Source: Lingula anatina (Eukaryota > Animalia > Brachiopoda). From it: 64,000 nt of DNA. Location: assembly GCA_051362555.1 (NCBI GenBank), contig CM120643.1, forward strand, positions 6,324,001 through 6,388,000, given 5' to 3'. Positions 13,680 through 25,075 of this stretch are shown here, in pieces; position 1 is the first letter of the stretch, and each line of letters starts with the position of its first letter. The position numbers and the translations under genes are program-made. Below the pieces are notes generated by a model, which saw only the letters and a list, made by a program, of their open reading frames with translations, had not been told where the DNA came from and did not search any database.

Positions 13680-16083
13680 GTACACTTTAATTGTCAAAGG
13701 ATGCCAAAATAAAACACTTTGTTTCTCTTAACAATTCCGCTTTGTAACGAAGGCAAAAAGCCAATTTTCCTTCTTAAATAACCAAAACATATAAATTTCG
13801 AAAAAAAAAACGACCCAACCCCTGGTTTGATTTTCTGAAAACAAAAACATTTCTACCGCCTCCCAGCAATAAAACTATGGGTCTATCACAGATCAGACAT
13901 ACTACTCGCATATCAAAACAGCGGGAACCAAAGGAAGTTTATTCTTACCATGCGTCATATCCATAATTTTAGAAAGGCCTGTTTTAATACGTGTAGGCAA
14001 TTCTGTAATAACTTGAGCACATTTTATAATTTCATACTTCCGATAATTCTAAAGTGTCATAATTTGGATTACAGTGTTAACAGCTTATTGTAGTTTTATA
14101 TCTCGGTCATTTCTTCCAATAAAAGATTCTTGTAAAATATCCTTCCAAGAAAAGATTCCTGTATACATTTTACGCACGAGTCTACTAATTTTTTTAAAGT
14201 TAACTTCATTAAAATCAATATTTGTATCCATATCCAATTTAAAAATGTATTTTTGAGTGCATAACAAAGCGTCTTATTACATATTTGCCCACACATATAA
14301 TTTTACAATCAAACATTGAACCGGTCGTACTAGCACAGCGCTCTACCTGCACATCACGTAATAATAAATTTAAAACCATTTATTTATTTACATAGATCAC
14401 TTAAGCAAGGCACTTTTTTGTTTTAGGATAACTTAAAATGTGTCGTTTCAGGTTCGAGAACTGGTGGGTGTGAACAAAAAATTTAAATTGTGATAAAAAC
14501 ATCGTGTGCGGATAGAGTGCTGTACTACAACTTATTTACACATGTATTATGATATACCAGTGACGTGCAGAGTTGACGCTTGGATTTAGTCCATTTTATC
14601 AGAAGTTTCAAGAATAAAACACTCGTTATACGCTGCACTTCATTTGATACACGTTTTGATGCAGAATATTACAAACCAAAGCAAATATTACATTTCAAAC
14701 CAAAGCAAATGTCAACCCTGTAAGTTGACTATACGACAAGCTTCGACACGCAAGACAACGTTGACATGGGTGCGGGCGCTGGCGAACACGAATCTGATGT
14801 TTTTTTCTGGGAGTGCGTCCAATCTCATCGTAGACGGTTGTTACGAGGCACTGAAATTAAATGAAAAATGAAGTAAATTAAACAAAATTCATAATAATGT
14901 CTAAGGAATTGACAAAGAGAAATACATAATATTAATAATAATCTTGATTAGTTTTTTACTTTCTTAGTTATACGTTATTCTGCGTATTTTGTGGGTAGAG
15001 TGATATAAATTCAGGATTTCATAGCTACATGTGCTTATTATAACTTCTTCGGATTAATTTTACCAATTACTTCATACCAATGCATCCATAATTATATAAG
15101 TTCGTAAATGCTGGCACTTAAGCTCAACTTTTTAATTATAAAATCAAACACTTTATGCAAACAATTTATATCAGATTATAATATCAAGGACGGTATGTAA
15201 TCGAAATTGCAATCAGAAAAAAATGAAGTCAAGGGAGGTCGACAGTGACAAGCAAATATACGTTTGCTTTCCTGGTCGCGGCTAATTTGTTTATTGTCAG
15301 TTAACTTTAATAAACAGGATTTATTTGTACAGGCCACTGTCAAAAAATAAAAAAGGCACCCGTTGGGAGCTGAGAATGTTACAGTAGTTACCTGCTTTGT
15401 CGTCTTGCTTTGTTTAAGACGGAATAACGTGTTCATACCTTTGGACGACTGGAATAATCTTCTCGCTTCTTTATGAGCAAATACTTTCCTTCTGGAAAAA
15501 GCAACATAAAAAGTTATTAAACTTTCCAAGCTCATTTCGGCATTCATTTCAATGAAATATACCGAAGAGCCATTACGCCTGAAGTGGGAAATGAATACTT
15601 TTTGATAATTTATCGCCATCATAAAACGATCAGTGTTGCCTTATATCATCTATACAGTACTTACAACAAACTACATCAGTTCTCAGTGCCAAAATTTCAG
15701 TCTACGTGGGGAAATTGTGGCAATGTGGCACGTGAAGCTTCTTCCTCTTCCTACTGACCTTGGTCCTATCTGAATACCTCTCACCAAAATGCTCACCTGG
15801 TTTACATAATAATAGCACTGACTGTGGGATTGTGTTAGAGAAGACACGATGCGGCTTAACGCAATCTAAACGTTATCATCAGGTTATTGCACCAAGGAGT
15901 TATAACTCCTTGAGTTTGTACATGTATATCTAACATTTTAATTTTTATGGAGCAGTACATATGAACCCAAACACATATGAACCCAAATCACATAAGAATC
16001 AGTTTACTGAGTTACGCATCATTCGTGAAGGTATTGTTTTCATTGTTTGTTCTCTGTTGTCGCGACTCTGTGGTTGCGTACGT

Positions 16084-16412
16084 GCAACGTTATATATGTG
16101 CGCACGAATGTTATTACGTCGCTTATTCTTCTTTGTTACGCTAAAATGATACATACGTTACCGATACATACGTTACCATGAAGCGTGTAAATATTTATTC
16201 TATTTTCATTGGTTTTCTTTCGCTTTGTGGGCCAAAACTTATGTCTTTTATTTGTGTTTCATTAAAATAGTGTTGGCGCACAAAAGGAGAGACAACCAAT
16301 GAAAATAGAATAAAAAATATTTTCACGCTTTATGGTAACGTATGTATCAATTTAACGTAACAAAGAAGAATGAGCGACGTAATAACATGCGTGCGCACAT
16401 ATACAACGTCGC
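16084..16412. repeat. Long imperfect palindrome / foldback element (arms ~150 bp, spacer ~30 bp)
   Basis: gcaacgttatatatgtgcgcacgaatgttattacgtcgc...gccaaaact mirrored by agtgttggcgcacaaa...gcgacgtaataacatgcgtgcgcacatatacaacgtcgc. Confidence 0.9.
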
Positions 16413-16670
16413 TGACTTGATATCTGTAAGATTCTGCAGGGTGAAACGGGAGACATGGCCTAGTCTTTTACCTCTCAAAAAGTTTGCAATATACTTTGTC
16501 TTTCAGTGGTCCCCGATTCTTTAATATTACCAATGTTATCACTTTGAACCGCATAAAACACTTTTGGAAGTAAAAGAATCATATTAGAAACTATCACTAC
16601 ACTTTCTTTTTATCATTTTATTTTTATTCATCTTAGTACTGCCATTGGCATATCTACTAGTGCCTCAATT

Positions 16671-16924
16671 TAGGACTCATTCCCAATGGAACTATTGATC
16701 TATGTAAATCGATCCAGCTCCACAGGGACTCTTGCTGAATGAAATTGGATTGGCTCGCCTCCTTTTGTTTATAACATGCTTGTTTTCCATTTTCTACTCA
16801 AAGCTAGGGGGTGGTATGCTAATCTCTTAATCTGATTACATTCAGCAAGAGTCCCCCTGAATTGATCTACCTAGACAGATAAAACACTGAATGCACTCTT
16901 ATTTTTATTGGGACTGAGTTCTTA
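16671..16924. mobile_element. Foldback MITE with nested inverted repeats
   Basis: Perfect 17-bp IR GGGACTCTTGCTGAATG (16725) / CATTCAGCAAGAGTCCC (16839), plus outer IR taggactcattcccaat / attgggactgagttctta. Confidence 0.65.
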
Positions 16925-16959
16925 GACCTAAATATTCTTACACAGTCATATAAATAAAA

Positions 16960-17570
16960 CAACAACAATAAATAATAATAATAATATATAAATAATAATC
17001 TTTATTGAGCACTAAAATGCATACATATTACATTTTACAGGCTCTCTACACTAGTCATAACAACTTAGCAACAATTATACAAAGCTATACAATACTTATT
17101 GAATGATTACTGGGAAGCAGAACAGAATAAAACGACTATTGCTATTGGTGGGTGTCGTTTTTTCAAACTTTCAGTTATATATAGATATAATGTTCTCAAA
17201 CACGATTCACTTTTTGGACTGAGCAGCCACTGAATTTTTTCATGATCTGTTTTCTGCTCAGGAGGTATCATTAATCTAATTCTTCTGTCACTATGTTCTT
17301 CACATTTCAGTAAAAAGTGGATCTCCGTTTCAATTTCATTACAGTGGGGGCACTTGCGATTTTCAGTAGGGGTTTTAGGGGATGTATAGCGGCCACGTTC
17401 AATTTCTAATTCCTGGTCACTAATCCGCATTTTTGCAATAGTCTTCATTTCTGATGGGGTGACTTTCATTGACAGATATTTTTCAGGGGTGTAAGTTTTT
17501 TTAAGTAATCTGTATGTCCTGAGTTTACTGTAGTTATCACTTTCCAGGTCTTTCCAAAATAGTTTAATAT
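16960..17570 (-). mobile_element. 5'-truncated non-LTR retrotransposon (RTE-X-like): ORF2 C-terminus, 3'UTR and tail
   Basis: FWKDLESDNYSKLRTYRLLKKTYTPEKYL...IAKMRISDQELEIERGRY...RKCPHCNEIETEIHFLLKC, then AATAAA and an (ATT)n tail on the minus strand. Confidence 0.85.
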
Positions 17571-17980
17571 TATTAGTTTAATAATATTATTTAATGTTGA
17601 TTTATAATTAAAAGTTGGTTGGTACATTTATAATGTTGAAATGATAATTCTCAGAAAAACAAAGGCCAAATACATTTTCAAGAAGTGCATTAAAGTTGAA
17701 AGTTATGAATACAGTTTATAAAATCATAATTATAATTACCTAAAATAATACACGTATGATAAATAATGACAATAACTGCATTGCAGACTTTCAATTTAAT
17801 TTTCAAAGACATTAAAACTGTATTTACCGGTATAAACATCTGTACAGCGCTTTTTACTTACATTTGTGCATTAAAAATGTTCCCATGTAAATTTATATGT
17901 ACATATTTCATAAGGAAACAAAAGCCTGAAATTCACTGCAAAGAGACTGTAGTTTGCCGCTTTTAAAATGTTCTCTCTCT

Positions 17981-18210
17981 CATCACTGTATATCATGTCC
18001 ACAGTGTGTTCAGTGATTTCTATGTGAGACTACAGACACATATACAACTATGATCATCACTATATCTCATGTCCACAGTGTGTTCAGTGATTTCTATATG
18101 AGACTACAGACACATTTACAACTATGATCATCACTGTATATCATGTCCACAGTGTGTTCAGTGATTTCCATATGAGACTACAGACACATATACAACTATG
18201 ATCCCCACTG
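17981..18210. repeat. 74-bp minisatellite, ~3 copies
   Basis: catcact(g/a)tat...gactacagacacat(a/t)tacaactatgat units start at 17981, 18055 and 18129. Confidence 0.95.
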
Positions 18211-18296
18211 CACTGATGAATAAAAAAGTCACATCATATATATATTATCTGGTTGGGGTTATGTGTGTAAATGAAATATCTTAAATATGACAGTTA

Positions 18297-18494
18297 GGCA
18301 CCATTCACAATAGATCTGAGTGCTAACTGATCTGCCAACTAAATATGGCGGACCACACTTCAAAAGAGATGACGCTGATTCCTGATGGTCTCCCTGCCTC
18401 CACACACGCCATATAACAGATTAATTCTTGGCTGCGAGTTTTAATTACTAGGCCCCTGCAGTTAGTACTCGGATCATCTATTCTGAATGGAGCC
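18297..18494. mobile_element. PIF/Harbinger-type MITE
   Basis: IR ggcaccattcacaatagatctgagtgctaactg / cagttagtactcggatcatctattctgaatggagcc, flanked by TTA and TAA (TWA target). Confidence 0.65.
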
Positions 18495-18635
18495 TAAGTG
18501 TTAAAGTAACTCTCAGGTGGTGAAAAACTGGAATTTTTTTTATTTATCAAGTATCCTTCATCAGTTTTGTATACATACCCATTGTAAGCATAAGTTTTAC
18601 CCCCTACCCTGGTTCTGTATGATATTATTTGTTAC

Positions 18636-18783
18636 TGAGCACATTCAGAACAGTGGATTAACAGATCCTTGGATCAAATATGCATAATCCCAGTGAAGAA
18701 TCTATTCAGTGTCTAATCAGGAATTAAGTTTTTTAGTGGGTCACCATATTTGATCCATGGATCTGTTAGTCTGAATGTGCTCA
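18636..18783. mobile_element. Small foldback MITE
   Basis: tgagcacattcaga...taacagatccttggatcaaatatg versus catatttgatccatggatctgttagtctgaatgtgctca. Confidence 0.7.
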
Positions 18784-19059
18784 AGGAGGCATGAGAGAGA
18801 AAATATAACAACAGTTATAGGAGTCTGAAATTTTCTAAGTATTTAATTTCTCTTTCTCACCTCGCTTTATCTATGCCTCTCTACAACTTCAACCCAGTTT
18901 CTCTTAAATAAAATTCTGCACTAATGAGCTTAATTAAATAAATAAACATTCTTTGATTACAAACAGCTCCAGAATTACCAGGTGGGAATTTACTAGGTAC
19001 CAGTACTTATAACAGGCATTAACAATGTGATGATTCAGTCACCATTCTGACTTGCTTAA

Positions 19060-20637
19060 GGGATCTTGGATATTAACGAAAAACTCCAAAACTAATGCAG
19101 CTAATGAAATTTCCTATTAACTTAAAGATAAGGTCTAGCAAGCCAAACAATTTTTCAAAGTTTGTAGTCACAGTGTAACACGAGTGACGTAATATCAGCG
19201 TTTTGAGGCTAAAATTGTCTTTTTTTTAATCAAGAATTTCTCTTAAACAAAAAGCCCTATTAATACGATTGAAATAGCTATCTAAAAGTTAGCACAAACT
19301 CCAGTGATCTCTGTCAGGATTTTCTCTTTTTATTTTTGCTTTTGATTTTATTTTGATAAAACGTGAATTTTACGAAATATATATGGACCTTCCAATTTCA
19401 GTATTAATAACTTCAAAAATAAAAGTTCAATCCAAAAACCAAGACTCAGTCGACTAGATATTATCCTGAAACAGAGACACATCAAATTTCATGTCAATCT
19501 GACAGTTACAGAATGAGATATGGGTATTGAAGTTTAGACTATGTTATCAATCTTCAAAGCTGAGAAATCGCTCCTAAACCATTTTGCTCAGGTAATTGGG
19601 CTATTTAAGCAAAATAATTGCACCTCCACCTTACCTGTTATCATCTTGTTGATCGGGAAGGTCTATACACCATTACGTGTTAAAATTGGGTTGTTTGTTT
19701 CTATCTAGATGCCAGAAAATCTTACTTTTGTACGCAAACTTATTCGTACCACGAAAGCCGCTCTTCCCTGAGAAATGATTGACAGCTGAGTAGGTCTACC
19801 TTCTCTCGTTTCACTGACGCAATGAATCATAATTGTGCCTGACGCAGTAGGAGTCTGTGCACTGTCTAGGAAGTGTCTAAGGAAGCGCTTACAAACAAAA
19901 AGAGGATTACTTGGTGTGCCAGCAGAGGAAATTTGCCACCGCTGCGTGGACGCCGCTCTACACGCCAAGACGCGAAAATTGAGAAAGAAATGGCCGAATG
20001 TGGGTACGCATATGCCATGATGCCACAGAGTGCCAAGACCGTAATATGCGAATTTGAAAATGTTTTGGGTGGCAATATTACTTAAAAACTTGCTTGCTAT
20101 TACAATCTTTATTGTGCATAAAATGATTGCCTAACGATTTTTTTCTGACAACCCCAGACGTTGTACGAATACTCAGCAGTTCAAGTGTGATCTCGAGTCT
20201 TTACCTAGACGTGATTTAGACGCTATAGGAGAAAATTTAATATATCGTACACTCTCTTTCAAAATTCTCTTGCTTTCCTCGCTCATCCGTTTTCTCACGA
20301 CTTTCTTTCTTCCCATGACTGTTTATATAACTGTGTTCTGCTTAGCTGACGTAAGACTTATGAGCTGCCAGGGCACGCGTAACAGCTTAAGAAGTTAGAC
20401 AACCATTCTTGCCCCGCCCCCCCCCCCCCATAGTAACGGTGCTTGACAACGGAGGCGGAGCCTAAAGCCTACCACCCGTACCAGTCAGGACAGGTAGAAA
20501 AACTCGTCCAAATGTATATTTTTAGTCCGTGTTTCACAAATATAACTTAATTGAGTATTAGATACAAAATTGATTATTTCTAACGTATAAAAAACTAAAA
20601 ATCGAGTTTTAGACGTATTTTTAATATCCTAGACCCC
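19060..20637. mobile_element. Non-autonomous Kolobok-like DNA transposon (1578 bp)
   Basis: TTAA on both flanks (19056-59, 20638-41); TIR GGGRTCTWGGATATTAA. Purine-purine termini with a TTAA target fit Kolobok rather than piggyBac. No transposase seen. Confidence 0.8.
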
Positions 20638-21335
20638 TTAATCCAGTATTGGTTTATTAGCACTACATGTACTTTAGGCAAGCTAACTCAATAAATAACT
20701 TTGGATATTTAAGATAAGAAAAAAATTGTCTTTTCATTCAATTTTATTTTTAAAAATCTACATAAAATTACAAAGTAAGCAACAAAAGTAATAATAAGTG
20801 CTTATCTTTTATTAAGACTACTATGACATCACAACAGTACTGTACATATTAGTATAAAAGCTTCAATATATTTATTGCCAAAATTTGCTAAATTTTTTAT
20901 TTTAAAGAAATATTAATGAAATGATTTCCTCCATATTACTTACACAAAATTGCTGCAGACATCTTTTATACTACTGGCAAACCATAAGATGAGCACTAAC
21001 ATAAGACTAGACAGCAAAGCTGGCAAAATATACAGACACAAAACACAAAACAAGGTGCAACAATAGAGTTAAATATATTTTTTTCTGTGACAGCACCGAA
21101 TATGGGCCAAGGCCTATGGGTTTGCAAATTCACCAGTTTTACCATTAGTTATATAATAGCTTGTTTCAATACTTATAAAACTGTGCACATGTATTGGTAA
21201 AAATAGTCAAATCCTGTCAGTTTTTAATTCAAACAGCTTTTTTTTACTAAACAAAACCTCTCTGCATATTTGATGTAAAACAAAAACATGGTTTGGTATC
21301 TATGGTAAGACAGTCACCAAAATACTTGCAAAAAA

Positions 21336-21370
<35 letters not shown>

Positions 21371-21371
<1 letters not shown>

Positions 21372-23283
21372 ACTAGAGGATCAGAGAGGCGATACCGCCT
21401 CTGGATATTGTACCACCAGCTGGAGTAAGTGCATTCGTATGGAAACCCGCCCCCCCCCCCAAAAAAAAAAAATGGACACCACCACCAGTCTTGTGTTTGA
21501 CAATTAAGCTCTATAAAATGCAATAAAGAAGAGTTTTCAAAATATGCAAAAGAAAAAAAAAATCGAAAAAACATAACTGTTAAAATGGTCCAATCAAGCA
21601 GATGTTCAAATTGACCTGTATTTTCCTAACACTGATCACTCCTGTGATTTTCTAGACAATAGGCCAATTGGTTTTCCTTGAAATGTGTTATCAGTATTGC
21701 ATATATACTGACAAAAGAGAAAACCTAGGGACAACAGTAGGCAATCTCTGCTAGTTTTGAAGATATGAGGGACAATAAAATATGCAGAGTTCAGTTTGTG
21801 GTGAAAAAGTAGGTCAAAGGTCAATTTCAAGGTCACAGTATATGACTTCCTATATAAGTTCAATAGTAGCTATGGGCATTTCTTTGCCAATTTTGGAGAT
21901 ATGAAGGCCAGGAAACATGCAAAGTGCAGTTCATCATAAAAAGTAGGTCAAAGGTCAATTCCAAGGTCACAACAAGATTGCCAGTATATTACTTCCTATT
22001 AAAGTTTAACAGTAACTATGGTTGTATCTCTGCCAGTTTTGGAGATAAAAGGGCTGGAAATTTTGCAAAGTTCAGTTCATGGTGAAAAGTAGGTCAAAGG
22101 TCAATTTCAGGATCATATTTAGATTGCCAGTATATGATTTCCTATTCAAGTTCAATAGTAACTATGGGCTTATCTTTGCCAGTTTTGGAGATATTAAGAT
22201 CAGAAAAGTTGCAAAGTGCAGTACTGAAAAGTAGGTCAAAGGTCAATTTCAAGGTCACAGTTAGATTACCAGTATATGACTTCCTATTCAAGTTCAACAG
22301 TAACTATAGGCGTATCTTTGCCAGTTTTGGAGATATTAAGATCAGAAAAGTTGCAAAGTGCAGTTCATCATGAAAAGTAGGTCAAAGGTCAATTTCAAGG
22401 TCACAGTTAGATTACCAGTATATGACTTCCTTTTCAAGTTCAATAGTAACTATGGGCGTATCTCTGCTAATTTTGGAGTATTTCACATTTTCCCCACTGA
22501 ATATTGCGATATTGTAATTTTTGATATAGCGCAACGCCTAAACCATATCGGAAACAAAAAATGGACACCACCTCCAGTATTGCACTTGACAAGGTCTACA
22601 AAATGCAATAAACAAAAGGTCTCTGGCATTTACCGATCCAGAATTAGAGCGAGTTTTCAGTTTCGGTATTTAATGGCTGCTTCTCCCGTGAAAATGCACC
22701 GATTGACCCCAAACTCCCCAAGATGAAAGGAGTCCCCAATGGTAAACCTTCACTATAACAGGAGAGCTTAGGGCTGTGTAGTTTCCAAAACTTAACACAA
22801 ACAAATATTTTTTTTTCAGAAAATTCCTATTTTTAGAAAATTTTGGCTTGTTTGACCTTGAACAAAAGGTCAAAAGTCAAATCCAAGGGCATATTTGGAA
22901 TCTCCACATATGACTTTCGGTCAGACTTCTGTAGTAATTTTTCCCTTAATTCCTTTGGTTCGGGAGATATTTAGCATTGAATTTTCAAAAATTTTGACAA
23001 GGGTGTGTTTCAACAAGCGTCACGCCCAGACCAATGCACCGACAGAGACAAAAAAACCAGGGTGTTCAAGTTGAGATTATATGTGACCTAAATCCAAGAG
23101 ATGGGGACACAGGTCCTTGCGGTCTAGGAGGAGAAGCGGTAACGGTGACTTGTTTCCGGCGCCCGACTGCGGAGCCGGCGGAGCTGCAGGAGCCGGCGGA
23201 GCCGCAGGAGCCGGCGGAGCTGTACGAGACGGGTCGGGACTAAAACCATGAGTACCGCCAGCGTACACGCTGGTGGTACTAAT
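21371..23283 (+). mobile_element. Non-autonomous Helentron/HINE (DINE-1/pearl-like) element, copy A, with internal ~146-bp array (5 units)
   Basis: 5' aactaga, hairpin GAGGCGATACCGCCTC and subterminal GTACCACCAGC; GGAGCCG-type short repeats near the 3' end; 3' hairpin AGTACCGCCAGCG-taca-CGCTGGTGGTACT; A/T-rich insertion site with no TSD. Confidence 0.8.
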
Positions 23284-23479
23284 AAATAATGATATTTTAA
23301 AATTTTTTTACTCAGTCAAAGTGGGGGGAAGGGGGGCATGCACCATGTTCAGAATGAACACAAGTGGATGTCTGGGGATGGCTACAGGAACATGGACCCT
23401 ATCTCCTGATGTCAGGGAGGGGAAAAAATGGTTGGAGCCTGGTACACAAATCTTGACTGCATTGAGACAAATCATCTCC

Positions 23480-24218
23480 AACAAAAGATTTCAGGAACCT
23501 TGGTTACAGGCACTGCAAAACTTCTAGAACACAGTCGACATCAGAAGGATTGGGATGAGAAGATCTCCTTATTCTTTATGTCCTACCGCAGCTCACAACA
23601 CGACAGCACTGGCTAAACCCCAAATCTAATGGTGTTAGTTAGAAAAATTGATTTACCGGCCTACATGTATATTGTTTCTGGATGACCATGTTACATGAAG
23701 TAGATAATTTTAATTTGGTGATGATTTTCCACTTTTCAGTATTTACAACTAATGGGTTGCGTGAATGAAAATTTTATACCATGTGAGACTCATGAATGAT
23801 TGAAAAACTTGAGTAAAAGCCTAAATAGATCCTATGAAATGGCTCGAGAAAAAAATGAAAAGTGTGCAGAAATGTCAAAAAACAGTTGTATGATGCAAAG
23901 TTGAGAGAGAGTGAATATACTTGTGGTCAGAAGGTATATTTGAGGGATGAAAGTCATAAAAAGGGAGAAAGTAAGAAACTCAGACCCTTATATAGAGGAC
24001 CATATGATGTTATCAAAGTATCCCCACCTCTCTATACAATTAAAGATAAAAAAGGAAAAATCCAGGTGGTACATCATGACAGATTGAGAAATTTTGTTGA
24101 AAGAGAGAGTGATTTTCAGTTGAATGAACCACAATTGGTGGAACCAATTGTAAAAAGATCAAGATTTGGTAGACAAATTAAGATGCCATCTCATTTAAGA
24201 GATTTCGCCTTAGAATGA
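23480..24218 (+). pseudogene. Gypsy/Ty3 LTR retrotransposon integrase C-terminal remnant
   Basis: HQKDWDEKISLFFMSYRSSQHDSTG*TPNLMVLVRKIDLP, then YDAK...GQKVYL...KKLRPLYRGPYDVI...VVHHDRLR (GPY/F module) and RSRFGRQIKMPSHLRDF. Confidence 0.9.
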
Positions 24219-24352
24219 TTATATTGATATACAGGTATGTTTTGTTTATTAGTTAAGATATAATTGTATATAGATACTTCCTTAATTTTCGGCAGTGCTG
24301 AAATAAAAGGAACTTAATTTATTTATTTGTATTTTTTATTTTTTTTTAGACC

Positions 24353-24646
24353 ATGGATGAATCAAACATATACAATATTCTCGCAGAGAAAGAGTATAAT
24401 TGGTGCAGAAATTGGATCGAACAACCAAACACTCTGCTCAACATATCAATTAACAATATAATACCACAAAATTTACCACAGTCCAGAATGTCAATGTACA
24501 TGGGAACTCTACTTAATGAAAGAGTGCTATTAGAGAAAGGAATGGATTGGATGATTGAAAATATCTATTCATATCAAAACAATATAACGAAAGAAGAATG
24601 TGTAGATATCATACTTTACTTGAGAGATAAATTGTATGGCCATTGA
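24353..24646 (+). CDS. Accessory ORF 1 downstream of Gypsy pol, 97 aa, unknown function
   Basis: Intact ORF with Kozak-like accATGG directly after a poly-T + AG splice acceptor; followed by an A-run and AATAAA signals. Confidence 0.45.
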   Translation: MDESNIYNILAEKEYNWCRNWIEQPNTLLNISINNIIPQNLPQSRMSMYMGTLLNERVLLEKGMDWMIENIYSYQNNITKEECVDIILYLRDKLYGH

Positions 24647-25075
24647 AAAAAAAAAAAATCCATAATAAAGATATATTTAATAAAGTATATTATAGTTTGT
24701 ACTTCCTATTATATTTCAGGTAATTTGATCAAAACAACAGTCCAAGTTGGTATAGGTTTTTTAAATATTTGTTTGAATTTTGTTGTTGAGCATAATACAT
24801 TGAGCACTGCATGAATAGGTTGATAGCTACTTTTGTCTTTTTTGGATTATGGTTATTAAAAAAAAAAAAAATTAAATATTACCTAACACGGTTACACTGT
24901 TCAAACTAATATGTTGCAGTTTAGCATGTGTTTTGCATGTAATCGGATTAGAGGTTGTCAAGGTAATAATTCTTTTCTTTTTACACATTTTAATGATGGT
25001 ATTTTATTTGGGGATTTGGTATAAAAGTAATATTTATACATAGTAAAGGCGGCGATGCTGTAATACTATGTTAGT

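Noticed and set aside
19705-20085. Four overlapping 61-87 aa ORFs in the Kolobok-like element
   Set aside because: No recognisable transposase or THAP motifs; consistent with locally higher GC.
22134-22726. ORFs with repeated KSRSKVNFKVTVRLPVYDFLFKF (also 25326-25568)
   Set aside because: Translations of the 146-bp array, whose unit is not a multiple of 3.
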